Assembly: GCF_003243465.1 (NCBI RefSeq)
Contig: NZ_QFQZ01000013.1
Location: 4,614 to 68,613 of the forward strand
Direction: 5' to 3'
Source of the DNA: Caulobacter segnis
GTDB taxonomy: Bacteria; Pseudomonadota; Alphaproteobacteria; Caulobacterales; Caulobacteraceae
DNA length: 64,000 nucleotides
Shown here: positions 40,233 through 48,510 of the stretch, piece by piece
Layout: each line of letters starts with the position of its first letter
How positions within the stretch are numbered: position 1 is the stretch's first letter
Notes under the pieces: model-generated
Seen by the model: only the letters and a program-made list of their open reading frames with translations
What the model was told of the DNA's origin: nothing
Database searches by the model: none
Position numbers and translations under genes: made by a program

Positions 40233-41318
40233 CTAAAGCGGACGCGCCCGGGACTGGGGCTTCTTGCCGTTGAGGATGAAGCTGATGACCTTGGCCACCG
40301 CCTCGAAGTGCTCGACAGGGATTTCCTCATCGACCTCGACGCTGGCGTAGAGGGCCCGCGCCAGGGGCGGATCCTCCAGCACCGCCACGCCGTGCTCCTC
40401 GGCGATGGCGCGGATCTTCAGGGCCAGTTCGTCGACGCCTTTGGCCACGCAGAGCGGCGCGGGCGTCTCGCCCTGCTCGTACTTCAGCGCCACGGCGTAG
40501 TGGGTCGGGTTCATCACGACCACGGTGGCTTTCGGCACCGCCTGCATCATGCGCTGGCGCGAGCGCTGCATCTGGATCTGGCGGCGCTTGCCCTTGATGT
40601 GCGGATCCCCGTCCGACTGCTTGAACTCTTCCTTGACCTCCTGGAGGGTCATCCGCATCCGGTTCATGAAACGCTGGCGCTGCCAGAACCAGTCGAAGGC
40701 CGCCGTGCCGGTGAGGAAAATGATCACCGCGATCAGCAGCGACTTCGACAGCTTCATCGCCTCGGGCAGCATCAACGCCGGGTCCAGGCCCACGAGGTTG
40801 CGCACCTCCCCGACGTGCGGCTTCAGCACCATCCAGGCGATCAGGCCGGTGACCAGGAACTTCACCGCCGACTTGGCGAACTGGACGAAGCCGTCGATGC
40901 CGAAGATCCGGCCCAGGCCCTTGATCAGGTCCAGCTTGCTGAAGTCGGGCTTCAGCTTGGAGGGTGTCAGCAGGAAGCCAGACTGGGCGATGTGGGCCGC
41001 GGCGCCGGCGGCGGCCGAAACCAGCATCACCAGGATCAGCGGCGGCAGGGCGGCCATGGTCGCCTGCTTCATCACCACCATCGCCCCGCCGCTGGAGAGG
41101 TCGATGGTGCCGGCGTGGGCGATGAACGGATAGAGGGCGGCCGAGAGGTCGCGCGTCAGCCAGCCGCCGGCCAGGATCACCACGGAGACGGCGCCGACCA
41201 GCGAGGCCAGTTGCGGGATATCGGCCGACTTGACGACGTCGCCCTTGGCGCGGGCGTCCGATAACCGTTTCGCCGACGGTTCTTCTGTTTTCGACTCGGG
41301 ATCCGTATCGTCCGCCAT
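40233..41318 (-). CDS. flhB: Flagellar type III export protein FlhB
   Basis: 361 aa. N-terminal KTEEPSAKRL..ARAKGDV and the NPTH autocleavage motif (VVVMNPTHYAVAL). Confidence 0.95.
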   Translation of the reverse strand: MADDTDPESKTEEPSAKRLSDARAKGDVVKSADIPQLASLVGAVSVVILAGGWLTRDLSAALYPFIAHAGTIDLSSGGAMVVMKQATMAALPPLILVMLVSAAAGAAAHIAQSGFLLTPSKLKPDFSKLDLIKGLGRIFGIDGFVQFAKSAVKFLVTGLIAWMVLKPHVGEVRNLVGLDPALMLPEAMKLSKSLLIAVIIFLTGTAAFDWFWQRQRFMNRMRMTLQEVKEEFKQSDGDPHIKGKRRQIQMQRSRQRMMQAVPKATVVVMNPTHYAVALKYEQGETPAPLCVAKGVDELALKIRAIAEEHGVAVLEDPPLARALYASVEVDEEIPVEHFEAVAKVISFILNGKKPQSRARPL

Positions 41319-41327
41319 GCGCGCGCC

Positions 41328-42083
41328 TTAAGCGAAGACCTGCAGGAGCTCGCGATAGCGGTCGGTCCAGACCATAGCGATGCCGCCCAGGGAAAGGGCC
41401 AGCAGCGACAGGCCCAGGATGACGCTGAGCGGCGAGGCGACGAAGAAGATCTGGAAGGCGGGCATGACCCGGCCGACCAGGCCCGTGGCGAGGTTGAAGA
41501 CCAGCGAGAAGACGATCACCGGCGCGGCCAGCTGGACGCCCAGCGAGAACGACTCCGCCACCGTGCGCACCGCCAGGGTGACGGCGTCATTGACCGGCAC
41601 GGCGCGGGTGAAAGGGAACAGAGTGTAGGACTTGACGATGGCGCCGATGAACAGGTGATGCAGCCCGGTGGCCATCACCAGCGTCAGCCCCAGCATCGAC
41701 AGGAAGGTGGCCACCGCCGTGCTCGAGCCCTGCATCGAGGGGTTGGTCGTCTGGGCGAAGGACAGGGTCGTCTGCAGCGAAATGATCTCGCCGGCCGTGG
41801 TCAGCGAGATCATGAACAGCCGCAGCACCGAGCCGATCATCAGGCCGATCAGGATCTCGTGGATGATCGCGCCGACCAGCCCGCCAAGCGTCGTCGGGAT
41901 CGGCGGCACGGTGTCCTGGACCAGCGGGCCTAGCAGCAGCGCCATCAGCAGGGCGAAGGAAAGGCGGATGCGCGGCGGCACGGTCTGGTCGCCGATGCCC
42001 GGCATGGTCATGACCATGGCGCCGACCCGCGAGAACACGAGGGCCGCGACATAGACCTGAAACGCCGTGGCGAACGCGTTCAC
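41328..42083 (-). CDS. fliR: Flagellar export apparatus protein FliR
   Basis: 251 aa polytopic membrane protein located between fliQ and flhB. Confidence 0.9.
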   Translation of the reverse strand: MNAFATAFQVYVAALVFSRVGAMVMTMPGIGDQTVPPRIRLSFALLMALLLGPLVQDTVPPIPTTLGGLVGAIIHEILIGLMIGSVLRLFMISLTTAGEIISLQTTLSFAQTTNPSMQGSSTAVATFLSMLGLTLVMATGLHHLFIGAIVKSYTLFPFTRAVPVNDAVTLAVRTVAESFSLGVQLAAPVIVFSLVFNLATGLVGRVMPAFQIFFVASPLSVILGLSLLALSLGGIAMVWTDRYRELLQVFA

Positions 42084-42099
42084 GCCCCTGCCCTTTCCG

Positions 42100-42363
42100 C
42101 TATAGGCCAGCGATACGGGCGGCGATCTGGCGCATGAAGGCGCTCATCAGCGCGCCCATCATCGGCAGGAAGATCAGCAGCGAGACGAAGATCGCGACGA
42201 TCTTGGGCGCATAGACCAGGGTCTGCTCCTGGATCTGGGTCAGGGCCTGGAACAGGCCGATAGCGACGCCGACCACCAGACCGACGATCAGCACGGGCGC
42301 GCACAGCTTGAGCGTCAGCCAGATCGCGTCCCGGCCGACATCTAGAACCTCGGCGCCCGTCAT
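42100..42363 (-). CDS. fliQ: Flagellar export apparatus protein FliQ
   Basis: 87 aa, two TM segments. The LFQALTQIQEQTL motif is typical of FliQ/SctS. Confidence 0.9.
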   Translation of the reverse strand: MTGAEVLDVGRDAIWLTLKLCAPVLIVGLVVGVAIGLFQALTQIQEQTLVYAPKIVAIFVSLLIFLPMMGALMSAFMRQIAARIAGL

Positions 42364-42428
42364 CGAAAAGCCTCGTGGGAATCGGCCGCCAAAGGCCGTG
42401 GAATCGACGGTTTCAGCTTGGGCGGAAT

Positions 42429-42436
42429 ATGGTTAA
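42429..42436 (-). promoter_or_regulatory. TTAACCAT CtrA-type box upstream of fliQ (class II flagellar promoter candidate)
   Basis: The minus strand reads TTAACCAT about 66 nt upstream of the fliQ ATG. TTAACCAT is one of the two described CtrA recognition motifs in Caulobacter. Confidence 0.45.
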
Positions 42437-42565
42437 CGAGGCGTTAGGGGTTGCCCTTGCGACGCCTTGGCGGGCGGCGCCGCGACGGTGGGTCGCGGCG
42501 TAGGGCGAGCGTCGCGACAACGCGGCTGTCATTGAAGTGCAAAATAATTCGATTATCCTGGAAAT

Positions 42566-42940
42566 ATGGAATCGTCGACAGCCGTCCAGATGCTCTCCGC
42601 CCTTGGCCAGGAAGCGCGCCTGGCGATCTTTCGCCTGCTGGTAAAGGCCGGCGACCAGGGGGTCGCGGCCGGCGATATCGCCCGCGCCTTGAGCGTCCTG
42701 CCCAATAGCCTTTCGGCGAACCTGAACGTCCTGTCCCGCGCAGGCCTGATCAGGTCCCGCCGCGAGGGCCGCTCGATCATCTATTTCGCCGACTACGGCG
42801 CGATGAGCGGCATGCTCGGCTTCCTGCTGGAGGACTGTTGCGGCGGCGCGCCGGCGGTCTGCGCACCGCTGAACGCGATCCTGAGCCGACAGGGCGGCTG
42901 CATTCCGGCCTGTGCGCCGTCCGCGAACGCCGCCCAATGA
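42566..42940 (+). CDS. arsR: ArsR family arsenic-responsive repressor (C-terminal Cys cluster type)
   Basis: Winged HTH (LGQEARLAIFRLL..AGDIA..L....SANL.VL..AGLI). The C-terminal DCCGGAPAVC..C..C is a candidate As(III) site. Confidence 0.8.
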   Translation: MESSTAVQMLSALGQEARLAIFRLLVKAGDQGVAAGDIARALSVLPNSLSANLNVLSRAGLIRSRREGRSIIYFADYGAMSGMLGFLLEDCCGGAPAVCAPLNAILSRQGGCIPACAPSANAAQ

Positions 42941-43608
42941 GCACCGGCCTGTCACGAAAACTCGCGGCCGAGAGCTTGGGAACCGCCGTGCTCCTGGCCG
43001 TGGTGATCGGCTCGGGCGTCATGGGCGAGCGGTTGGCGGCCGGGAACACAGCGATAGCCCTGCTGGGCAACACCCTGGCCACTGGCGCGGCGCTCGTCGT
43101 GCTGATCTGGATCTTCGGGCCGATCTCGGGCGCCCACTTCAACCCGGCGGTGACCCTGATCGCGGCCCTGCGGCGGGACCTGTCGCCGGTCACGGCGCTC
43201 GCTTATATCGCCGTCCAGATCGGCGGCGCGGTGCTGGGCGTGTGGGTCGCTCACGCCATGTTTGGGGAGCCAATCCTGCAGATGTCGACCAAGCTGCGAA
43301 GCGGCGGCGCCCAGGCCTTTTCCGAGGTCGTGGCGACGTCTGGGCTGATCGGTACGATCCTCGGCGTATCGCGCTTCCGCCCGGACAGCACGCCGATGGC
43401 GGTCGGCCTTTACATCACGTCGGCCTACTGGTTCACCGCCTCGACATCCTTCGCCAACCCGGCGGTGACGCTCGCGCGGAGCCTGTCGGACACTTTCGCC
43501 GGCATCGCGCCCGCCAGCGCGCCGGCCTTCATCCTGGCCCAGGTCGTCGGCGCGCTACTCGCCGCCGGCGTCTTCGGCTGGCTTCTCAAGACGGAACGCA
43601 CGGCATGA
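42937..43608 (+). CDS. aqpS: MIP-family aquaglyceroporin (AqpS-like arsenite channel)
   Basis: ATGA overlap with arsR. Two NPA boxes (HFNPAVT, FANPAVT). 223 aa, six TM segments. Confidence 0.85.
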   Translation: MSTGLSRKLAAESLGTAVLLAVVIGSGVMGERLAAGNTAIALLGNTLATGAALVVLIWIFGPISGAHFNPAVTLIAALRRDLSPVTALAYIAVQIGGAVLGVWVAHAMFGEPILQMSTKLRSGGAQAFSEVVATSGLIGTILGVSRFRPDSTPMAVGLYITSAYWFTASTSFANPAVTLARSLSDTFAGIAPASAPAFILAQVVGALLAAGVFGWLLKTERTA

Positions 43609-44018
43609 CGACGACCGACTTCCCGATCACCATCTTTCACAATCCCGCCTGCGGCACCTCGCGCAACGTCGTGGCCATGGTCCGCGCGGCCGGCTACGAG
43701 CCCGAGGTCGTGGAGTATCTGAAGGCCGGCTGGACGCGGGATCAGCTGCGCGATCTCGCCGCCAGGAGCGGCCTGTCGCTGCGCCAGCTGATACGCGAGA
43801 AGGGAACGCCCGCCGAGAGCCTGGGCCTGCTGGCGGACGACGTCGCCGAGGATCGCATCCTCGACGCCATGGTCGAGCACCCCATCCTGGTGAACCGGCC
43901 GATTGTCGTCACCCCGAAGGGGACGAACCTGTGCCGCCCTTCGGAACGCGTACTCGACCTTCTGGAACAGCGCCCCGCCGTCTTCACCAAAGAAGACGGC
44001 GAGGTCGTCAAGACCTAG
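43605..44018 (+). CDS. arsC: Arsenate reductase, glutaredoxin-coupled ArsC family
   Basis: ATGA overlap with aqpS. IFHNPACGTSRN active-site region and ILVNRPIV. Confidence 0.9.
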   Translation: MTTTDFPITIFHNPACGTSRNVVAMVRAAGYEPEVVEYLKAGWTRDQLRDLAARSGLSLRQLIREKGTPAESLGLLADDVAEDRILDAMVEHPILVNRPIVVTPKGTNLCRPSERVLDLLEQRPAVFTKEDGEVVKT

Positions 44019-44317
44019 CGGATGCGGATGCGCACCGGGACCTGGATGTAGGAGCCCGCGCGGCTCTTGCCGTCGGGGCCCAGCAGGTCGACCTGGACCT
44101 GGGAAACCATCGACAGGGCCGCCTGGCCGACGCCCAGCTCGCTGGGGGTCTCCTCCTGCACGGTGCAGGCCGTCAGGCGGCCATCGCCCTTGACCAGGCA
44201 GTTCAGCAGGGCGACGGCTTCACGCGGCTGCGCGGCGGGCACGAGCATGTCCGAAGCGGCCTTGGCCGGAACGGGAGTGGAGACGACGGCGGCGGCCAAG
44301 GCGAGCGAAGCAATCAC
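44015..44317 (-). CDS. Small secreted protein with TonB-C-terminal-like domain
   Basis: 100 aa. Signal peptide IASLALAAAVVSTPVPAKA. The L.C.V..DGRL..C.V..E.P..LG.GQAAL pattern resembles TonB_C. Confidence 0.45.
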   Translation of the reverse strand: MIASLALAAAVVSTPVPAKAASDMLVPAAQPREAVALLNCLVKGDGRLTACTVQEETPSELGVGQAALSMVSQVQVDLLGPDGKSRAGSYIQVPVRIRIR

Positions 44318-44378
44318 GAGTTCATCCCTTTACTGGTCGTTCTCTGACGGGCCCTCTCCCGCCGCGTCCCGTTTCGGG

Positions 44379-45740
44379 TCAGGCGGCTGGGGCCCGTTGG
44401 AGACGTTGCAGGCTTTGTGCCGCCAGGTCGGTCAGCGATCGCAGGCCCAGCTCGGAGAAGATGTCGAAGGCCGCGGCCAGGGCGACGCCGGCCCGCGCCA
44501 GACGGCCGTCGTCGCGGCCGGTGATTTCGACCCGCGCCTCATAGAGGCGGGCCAGGTTCATCTGGGCGACCGCCCAGCTTGCCGGATCGCGCGCGCCACG
44601 CACCTCGGCCAGCTCGGCCTTGAACGCCAGTTCGGCCGCGTCCAGCACCGCCAGGTCGGCGGTCAGTTCGGCGCAGCGGGCCAGGCACAGGGCGCGGTTG
44701 TTGGCCACGTGGGCGCGCAGAGCCAGGGCCGGCTGAACCTTCAGGATCTGGGTCGCGCGGTCATAGGCCGACACGGCCTGTTCGAAGACACGCTCGCTGG
44801 TCGAGGCCTCGCCCATGGTTTGCAGGGCCGCGCCAAGCAAGGCCTGGGCGCGGGCCCAGTCCATCGGGCTGTGGTCGAGCGAGATCACCTGGGCGGCGTC
44901 GGTGATCGCCTGAACGCCGTCGGCGATGCAGCCCATCTCGCCGTCCAGGTCGCCGAGCTGCACCAGGGCCGCGCCCCGCAGGCACTCCAGTCGCCCCCAG
45001 ACCAGCGGCTCGAAATCGGCGTCCAGACCCTCGAGCGCCGTCTTGGCCTCGGCCGCGGCGCGCTCCGCCAGCGTCCGGTCCTTCAGGCGGGCGGCGCAGG
45101 TGAGCACAAGGTCGACGCGGGTGGCGCGCTGTTCGGCCAGCAGCAGCCGGGCGGCGCCGCCCTTGGCCCGCTTGGCGGCGGCCAAGGCGCGCAGCGGACC
45201 TTCGAACGCCTGGACGGCGGCGAGCGCTCGGTCCAGATCGCCGTCCTGCAAGGCTGCGCGGCCGTCCAAGGCCGCCGATAGCGCGCCGCACAGCGCCGTG
45301 CGGTGATGCGCCGGCGTGCGGGCCAGGGTCGCGGTCGCCGCGGCGAGCAGGCCCTCGTCGCCAAAGAGGTCCGCGCCCTGGATAGCCAGCATCACCTGCT
45401 CGCAGCGGGCGGCGGCCAGGCCGTCCTGGCGTCGCTCGCCCTCGAAGACCTTCACGGCCGCCTCGGCCTGGGCCGCGCCCTTGCGCAGGGCGGCGGCGTC
45501 GCCGGTGCGCCGCGCCAGCTCCCGCCAGATCACGGCGGCCTGCAGAAGACGCTCTCCTCGATCCTTAGCCTGCACCCGGCCAGCGGCCGCGTCGGCCGAT
45601 CGAGCCTCATTGGTCAGCAGGCGCAGGTCCAGCAGCTCCAGCAGCGAGGTGTCGCCGCCCGTCAGGCCTTCGCGCCAGGCGCTCTTGGCCTCGGTCTCGA
45701 CACCGAACAGCCGCTTCAGATCTCGTCCGAATTCGAACAT
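44379..45740 (-). CDS. Hypothetical helical-repeat (TPR-like) protein
   Basis: About 453 aa from ATG 45740. The track ORF extends to 45803. Ala/Leu/Arg-rich helical repeats with high GC3. No family recognised. Confidence 0.5.
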   Translation of the reverse strand: MFEFGRDLKRLFGVETEAKSAWREGLTGGDTSLLELLDLRLLTNEARSADAAAGRVQAKDRGERLLQAAVIWRELARRTGDAAALRKGAAQAEAAVKVFEGERRQDGLAAARCEQVMLAIQGADLFGDEGLLAAATATLARTPAHHRTALCGALSAALDGRAALQDGDLDRALAAVQAFEGPLRALAAAKRAKGGAARLLLAEQRATRVDLVLTCAARLKDRTLAERAAAEAKTALEGLDADFEPLVWGRLECLRGAALVQLGDLDGEMGCIADGVQAITDAAQVISLDHSPMDWARAQALLGAALQTMGEASTSERVFEQAVSAYDRATQILKVQPALALRAHVANNRALCLARCAELTADLAVLDAAELAFKAELAEVRGARDPASWAVAQMNLARLYEARVEITGRDDGRLARAGVALAAAFDIFSELGLRSLTDLAAQSLQRLQRAPAA

Positions 45741-45827
45741 GGCCAGCGCACTCCACTTGGGGACGTCCCAACCCGGGACAGCCGTCGAAGGTTCAACGCC
45801 CAAGGAGCAAAACCGGAGCCAGCCGCT

Positions 45828-45842
45828 TTAACAAGTGGTTAA
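45828..45842. promoter_or_regulatory. Full CtrA-type box TTAA-N7-TTAA (TTAACAAGTGGTTAA)
   Basis: Read directly from the sequence. About 90 bp upstream of the 45740 ATG of the minus-strand gene. Confidence 0.5.
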
Positions 45843-45859
45843 TATGTCCTTATGCGCCG

Positions 45860-45867
45860 TTAACCAT
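45860..45867 (+). promoter_or_regulatory. TTAACCAT CtrA-type box
   Basis: Read directly on the plus strand inside the AT-rich island. Confidence 0.4.
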
Positions 45868-46008
45868 AAATATTTCCGAAGCCTTCAGACATGACCCTCA
45901 TGTTCGACCAAAAAGGCTGAAATCGCATCGAACTGGCACACTTCTTGCTTAACAGAATTAACCCTGAGCGGCCCAGGCCGCCAAATTTTAGAACAGCGTT
46001 CATCGATC

Positions 46009-46024
46009 TTAAAATGACGTTAAC
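46009..46024. promoter_or_regulatory. Canonical CtrA box TTAA-N7-TTAAC (TTAAAATGACGTTAAC)
   Basis: Read directly from the sequence. About 100 bp upstream of the ATG at 46125. Confidence 0.55.
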
Positions 46025-46124
46025 CCTAAGTTTGGAGTCGATGTTTACCCTCTGTTCACCACCCCTCCCCGAGCAGAAGCAAAGCAGGTAGAAGCTCCGC
46101 CGGATCGTTGATTGGGAGCCCGCC

Positions 46125-46604
46125 ATGGTCGCCGTCACCCTGTGGATCGCCAGCCTATGCCGCCAGGACCCGAGCTATGGCGGCTGGTCCTACGTGCGCC
46201 GGACCGAGGGCGAGACCGGCGCGGCCGCGATCAAGGGCGCGGCCGGCGGCGAGCGTCGGACCACCGCGGCCAAGATGAGCCTGACGGCCTTGATCGAGGC
46301 GCTCGACGGGCTGTCGGACCTGCCGGCCGACACGGCGGTGACCTTGCGCTTTTCGGACCTTGAGCTCGCCGGCCAGCTGGTCACCGCTGACGGCGACTAC
46401 GCCACCTCCGAGCCGGACGCCTGGGCCGCCGCCCGCGCCGCCGTCGCCGCGCGCCCCGTGCTGGAGATGGTCCCCGCCTCGGCCGACGACGACACCCACG
46501 GCTTCCTGGCGGCCTGGGCGGAGTTCGGCCTCGACACCAGCAAGTCGCGCGGGACCTTCAAGGCCGCGATTCCCAAGCCGAACCTGATGAAGTTCCCAGG
46601 CTGA
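46125..46604 (+). CDS. RNase H-fold protein with substituted catalytic residues (likely non-catalytic)
   Basis: 159 aa. It aligns by eye to RNase HI: WIASLC vs FTDGSC (Asp to Ala), TTAAKMSLTALIEALDGL vs TTNNRMELMAAIVALEAL (Glu to Ser), then TLRFSDLEL vs ILSTDSQY. Confidence 0.5.
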   Translation: MVAVTLWIASLCRQDPSYGGWSYVRRTEGETGAAAIKGAAGGERRTTAAKMSLTALIEALDGLSDLPADTAVTLRFSDLELAGQLVTADGDYATSEPDAWAAARAAVAARPVLEMVPASADDDTHGFLAAWAEFGLDTSKSRGTFKAAIPKPNLMKFPG

Positions 46605-46605
46605 C

Positions 46606-46998
46606 CTAGCCCCGGCAGGCGACGATCAGATCCGCCGTCGCCGGATTGCAGGCGAAGGGGATATCGTAGAGCGTCGCCAGGCGAATGAGCGCCTTGACGT
46701 CGACATCGTGCGGCTGCGGCGACAGCGGGTCGACAAAGAAGATCAGCACATCCAGCCGCCCCTCGGCGATCATCGCGCCCAGTTGCTGGTCGCCGCCGAG
46801 TGGACCGCTCTTCAGCCGCGTCAGCTCAAGGTCCGGCAGCGCCTGCAGGATCCGCCCGCCCGTCGTGCCGGTCGCGAACAGCGTCTTGTCCTTCAGGAAA
46901 TCCGCATGAGCCTTGGCCCAATCGACCAGGGCGGCCTTCTTGTCGTCGTGCGCGACCAATCCGATCGAAAGCGGGCCGGCGGCGAGAGAGGCGGACAT
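46606..46998 (-). CDS. mgsA: Methylglyoxal synthase
   Basis: 130 aa. [14 protein letters not shown] and [11 protein letters not shown] motifs. Confidence 0.9.
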   Translation of the reverse strand: MSASLAAGPLSIGLVAHDDKKAALVDWAKAHADFLKDKTLFATGTTGGRILQALPDLELTRLKSGPLGGDQQLGAMIAEGRLDVLIFFVDPLSPQPHDVDVKALIRLATLYDIPFACNPATADLIVACRG

Positions 46999-47170
46999 GG
47001 CGGCGATTCCTGGCGGCTAAGGGTCGCACTCATTTCGCGCCGCGCGCGTGAAGGCAAGCCTGGCTCTGCTCGCGACTTGGGCATCAGCCGTGGCGAGGCG
47101 CCCTCGCCTCTTGCGCGACGGCTCTGCGAGGTTCGTCCTTATGCGTCAGACATCGGGGGGAACATCCATC

Positions 47171-48403
47171 ATGACCACGCGCAAAGCCGACGCGCCGGCG
47201 CTGGGGCGCCGCCACTTTCTTCGTGGCGCGGCGCTGATCGCCGCCGCCGCGCCGATCGTCACCGAGGCCAGCCTCGCCCACGCGGCGGCCCAGGCGACGA
47301 CCTCCCCGCCCTCGGGCATGGCGCTGCACGGCCAAGGCCCGGACGCGCCGCCGTCGGACATGGTGCTGATCAACGCCAACGAAAATCCGCTGGGCCCCAG
47401 CAAGGCGGCCTGCGACGCCATCGCCCGCGTGGCGCCGCTCGGCGGACGCTATGACCTGACCGGCGAGACCGATCTCCTGGTCCGCACCTTCGCGGCCCAG
47501 AGCGGTCTCAAGCCCGAGAACATCGCGGTCTACGCCGGCTCGTCCGAGCCGCTGCACTACAGCGTGCTGGCCTTCACCTCGCCAACCAAGAGCTTCGTCA
47601 CGGCCGATCCTTCCTACGAGGCGGGCATGTACGCGGCCAAGACCAGCCGAGCCAAGATCGTCAAGGTTCCGCTGACCAAGGACTGCGCCCACGACGTCAA
47701 GGCGATGGTGGCCGCCGACGCCCAAGCTGGCGTGATCTACATCTGCAACCCGAACAATCCGACCGGCACCCTGACCACCAAGCAGGACATAATCTGGGCG
47801 TTGGAGAACAAGCCGGCGGGCTCGATCCTGCTGGTGGACGAGGCCTATATTCACCTGACCGACGCGCCCGACACGTTGGACCTCGTGGCCCAGGGCAAGG
47901 ACCTGATCGTCCTGCGCACCTTCTCGAAGATCTACGGCATGGCCGGCATTCGCTGCGGCTTCGCGGTCGGCCGGCCAGACCTGCTGGCCAAGCTGACGCC
48001 GTTCGGCCAGAACGCCATGCCGATCACCGGCTCGGCCGCCGCCCGCGCCTCGCTGGAGGACGCCAGCCTCGTGCCGGCCCGCCGCAAGATCATCGGCGAA
48101 ACCCGCCGCGACACGATCGCCTGGCTGAAGGCCAATGGCTACAAGGTGATCGGCGACCCGCAGACCAACTGCTTCATGATCGACACCGGCCGCAACGGCA
48201 AAGCCGTGTTCGCGGCGATGAAGGCCAAGAACGTCCTGATCGGCCGCACATGGCCCGTCTGGCCCAACGCGGTCCGCGTCTCGGTGGGCACGCCCGAGGA
48301 GATGGCCAAGTTCAAAGTGGCGTTCAAGGAGGTCATGGCCAGCCCGATGGCGTCGGGCGACCACGTGCAGCACGCGGAACTGGATTATTACACCACCCTA
48401 TAA
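47171..48403 (+). CDS. Class I/II PLP-dependent aminotransferase (HisC-like) carrying a twin-arginine signal peptide
   Basis: ATG at 47171. GRRHFLRGAALIAAAAPIV Tat motif. NANENPLGP, ICNPNNPTG and FSKIYGMAGIRCG (PLP lysine) blocks. Confidence 0.8.
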   Translation: MTTRKADAPALGRRHFLRGAALIAAAAPIVTEASLAHAAAQATTSPPSGMALHGQGPDAPPSDMVLINANENPLGPSKAACDAIARVAPLGGRYDLTGETDLLVRTFAAQSGLKPENIAVYAGSSEPLHYSVLAFTSPTKSFVTADPSYEAGMYAAKTSRAKIVKVPLTKDCAHDVKAMVAADAQAGVIYICNPNNPTGTLTTKQDIIWALENKPAGSILLVDEAYIHLTDAPDTLDLVAQGKDLIVLRTFSKIYGMAGIRCGFAVGRPDLLAKLTPFGQNAMPITGSAAARASLEDASLVPARRKIIGETRRDTIAWLKANGYKVIGDPQTNCFMIDTGRNGKAVFAAMKAKNVLIGRTWPVWPNAVRVSVGTPEEMAKFKVAFKEVMASPMASGDHVQHAELDYYTTL

Positions 48404-48405
48404 AC

Positions 48406-48505
48406 TGTCATCCCGGCCGCAGCGGAGCGAAGAGCCGGGACCGCAGCAAGCTCTGCGCCTTGGGGGGCCCCGGCTCGGCGCGCTTCGCGCTTGGCCGGGA
48501 TGACC
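48406..48505. repeat. Palindromic intergenic repeat, same family as 25951-26060
   Basis: Termini TGTCATCCCGG (48406-48416) and CCGGGATGAC (48495-48504). The internal CAGCGGAGCGAAGAGCCGGGACC resembles the reverse complement of copy 1. Confidence 0.6.
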
Positions 48506-48510
48506 GTGTA

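Noticed and set aside
45804-46124. Could the AT-rich, CtrA-box-rich island be a replication origin?
   Set aside because: I could not find DnaA-box-like sequences, and there is no dnaA/hemE-type origin context. The Caulobacter origin is elsewhere relative to cckA/divJ. A bidirectional CtrA-regulated promoter is the simpler reading.
45860-46138. 92-aa minus-strand ORF inside the AT-rich CtrA-box island
   Set aside because: It has no SD and its codon composition is unlike any neighbouring gene. It spans the regulatory TTAA boxes and overlaps the start of the plus-strand gene. It is more likely non-coding promoter DNA, although a small RNA or peptide cannot be excluded.
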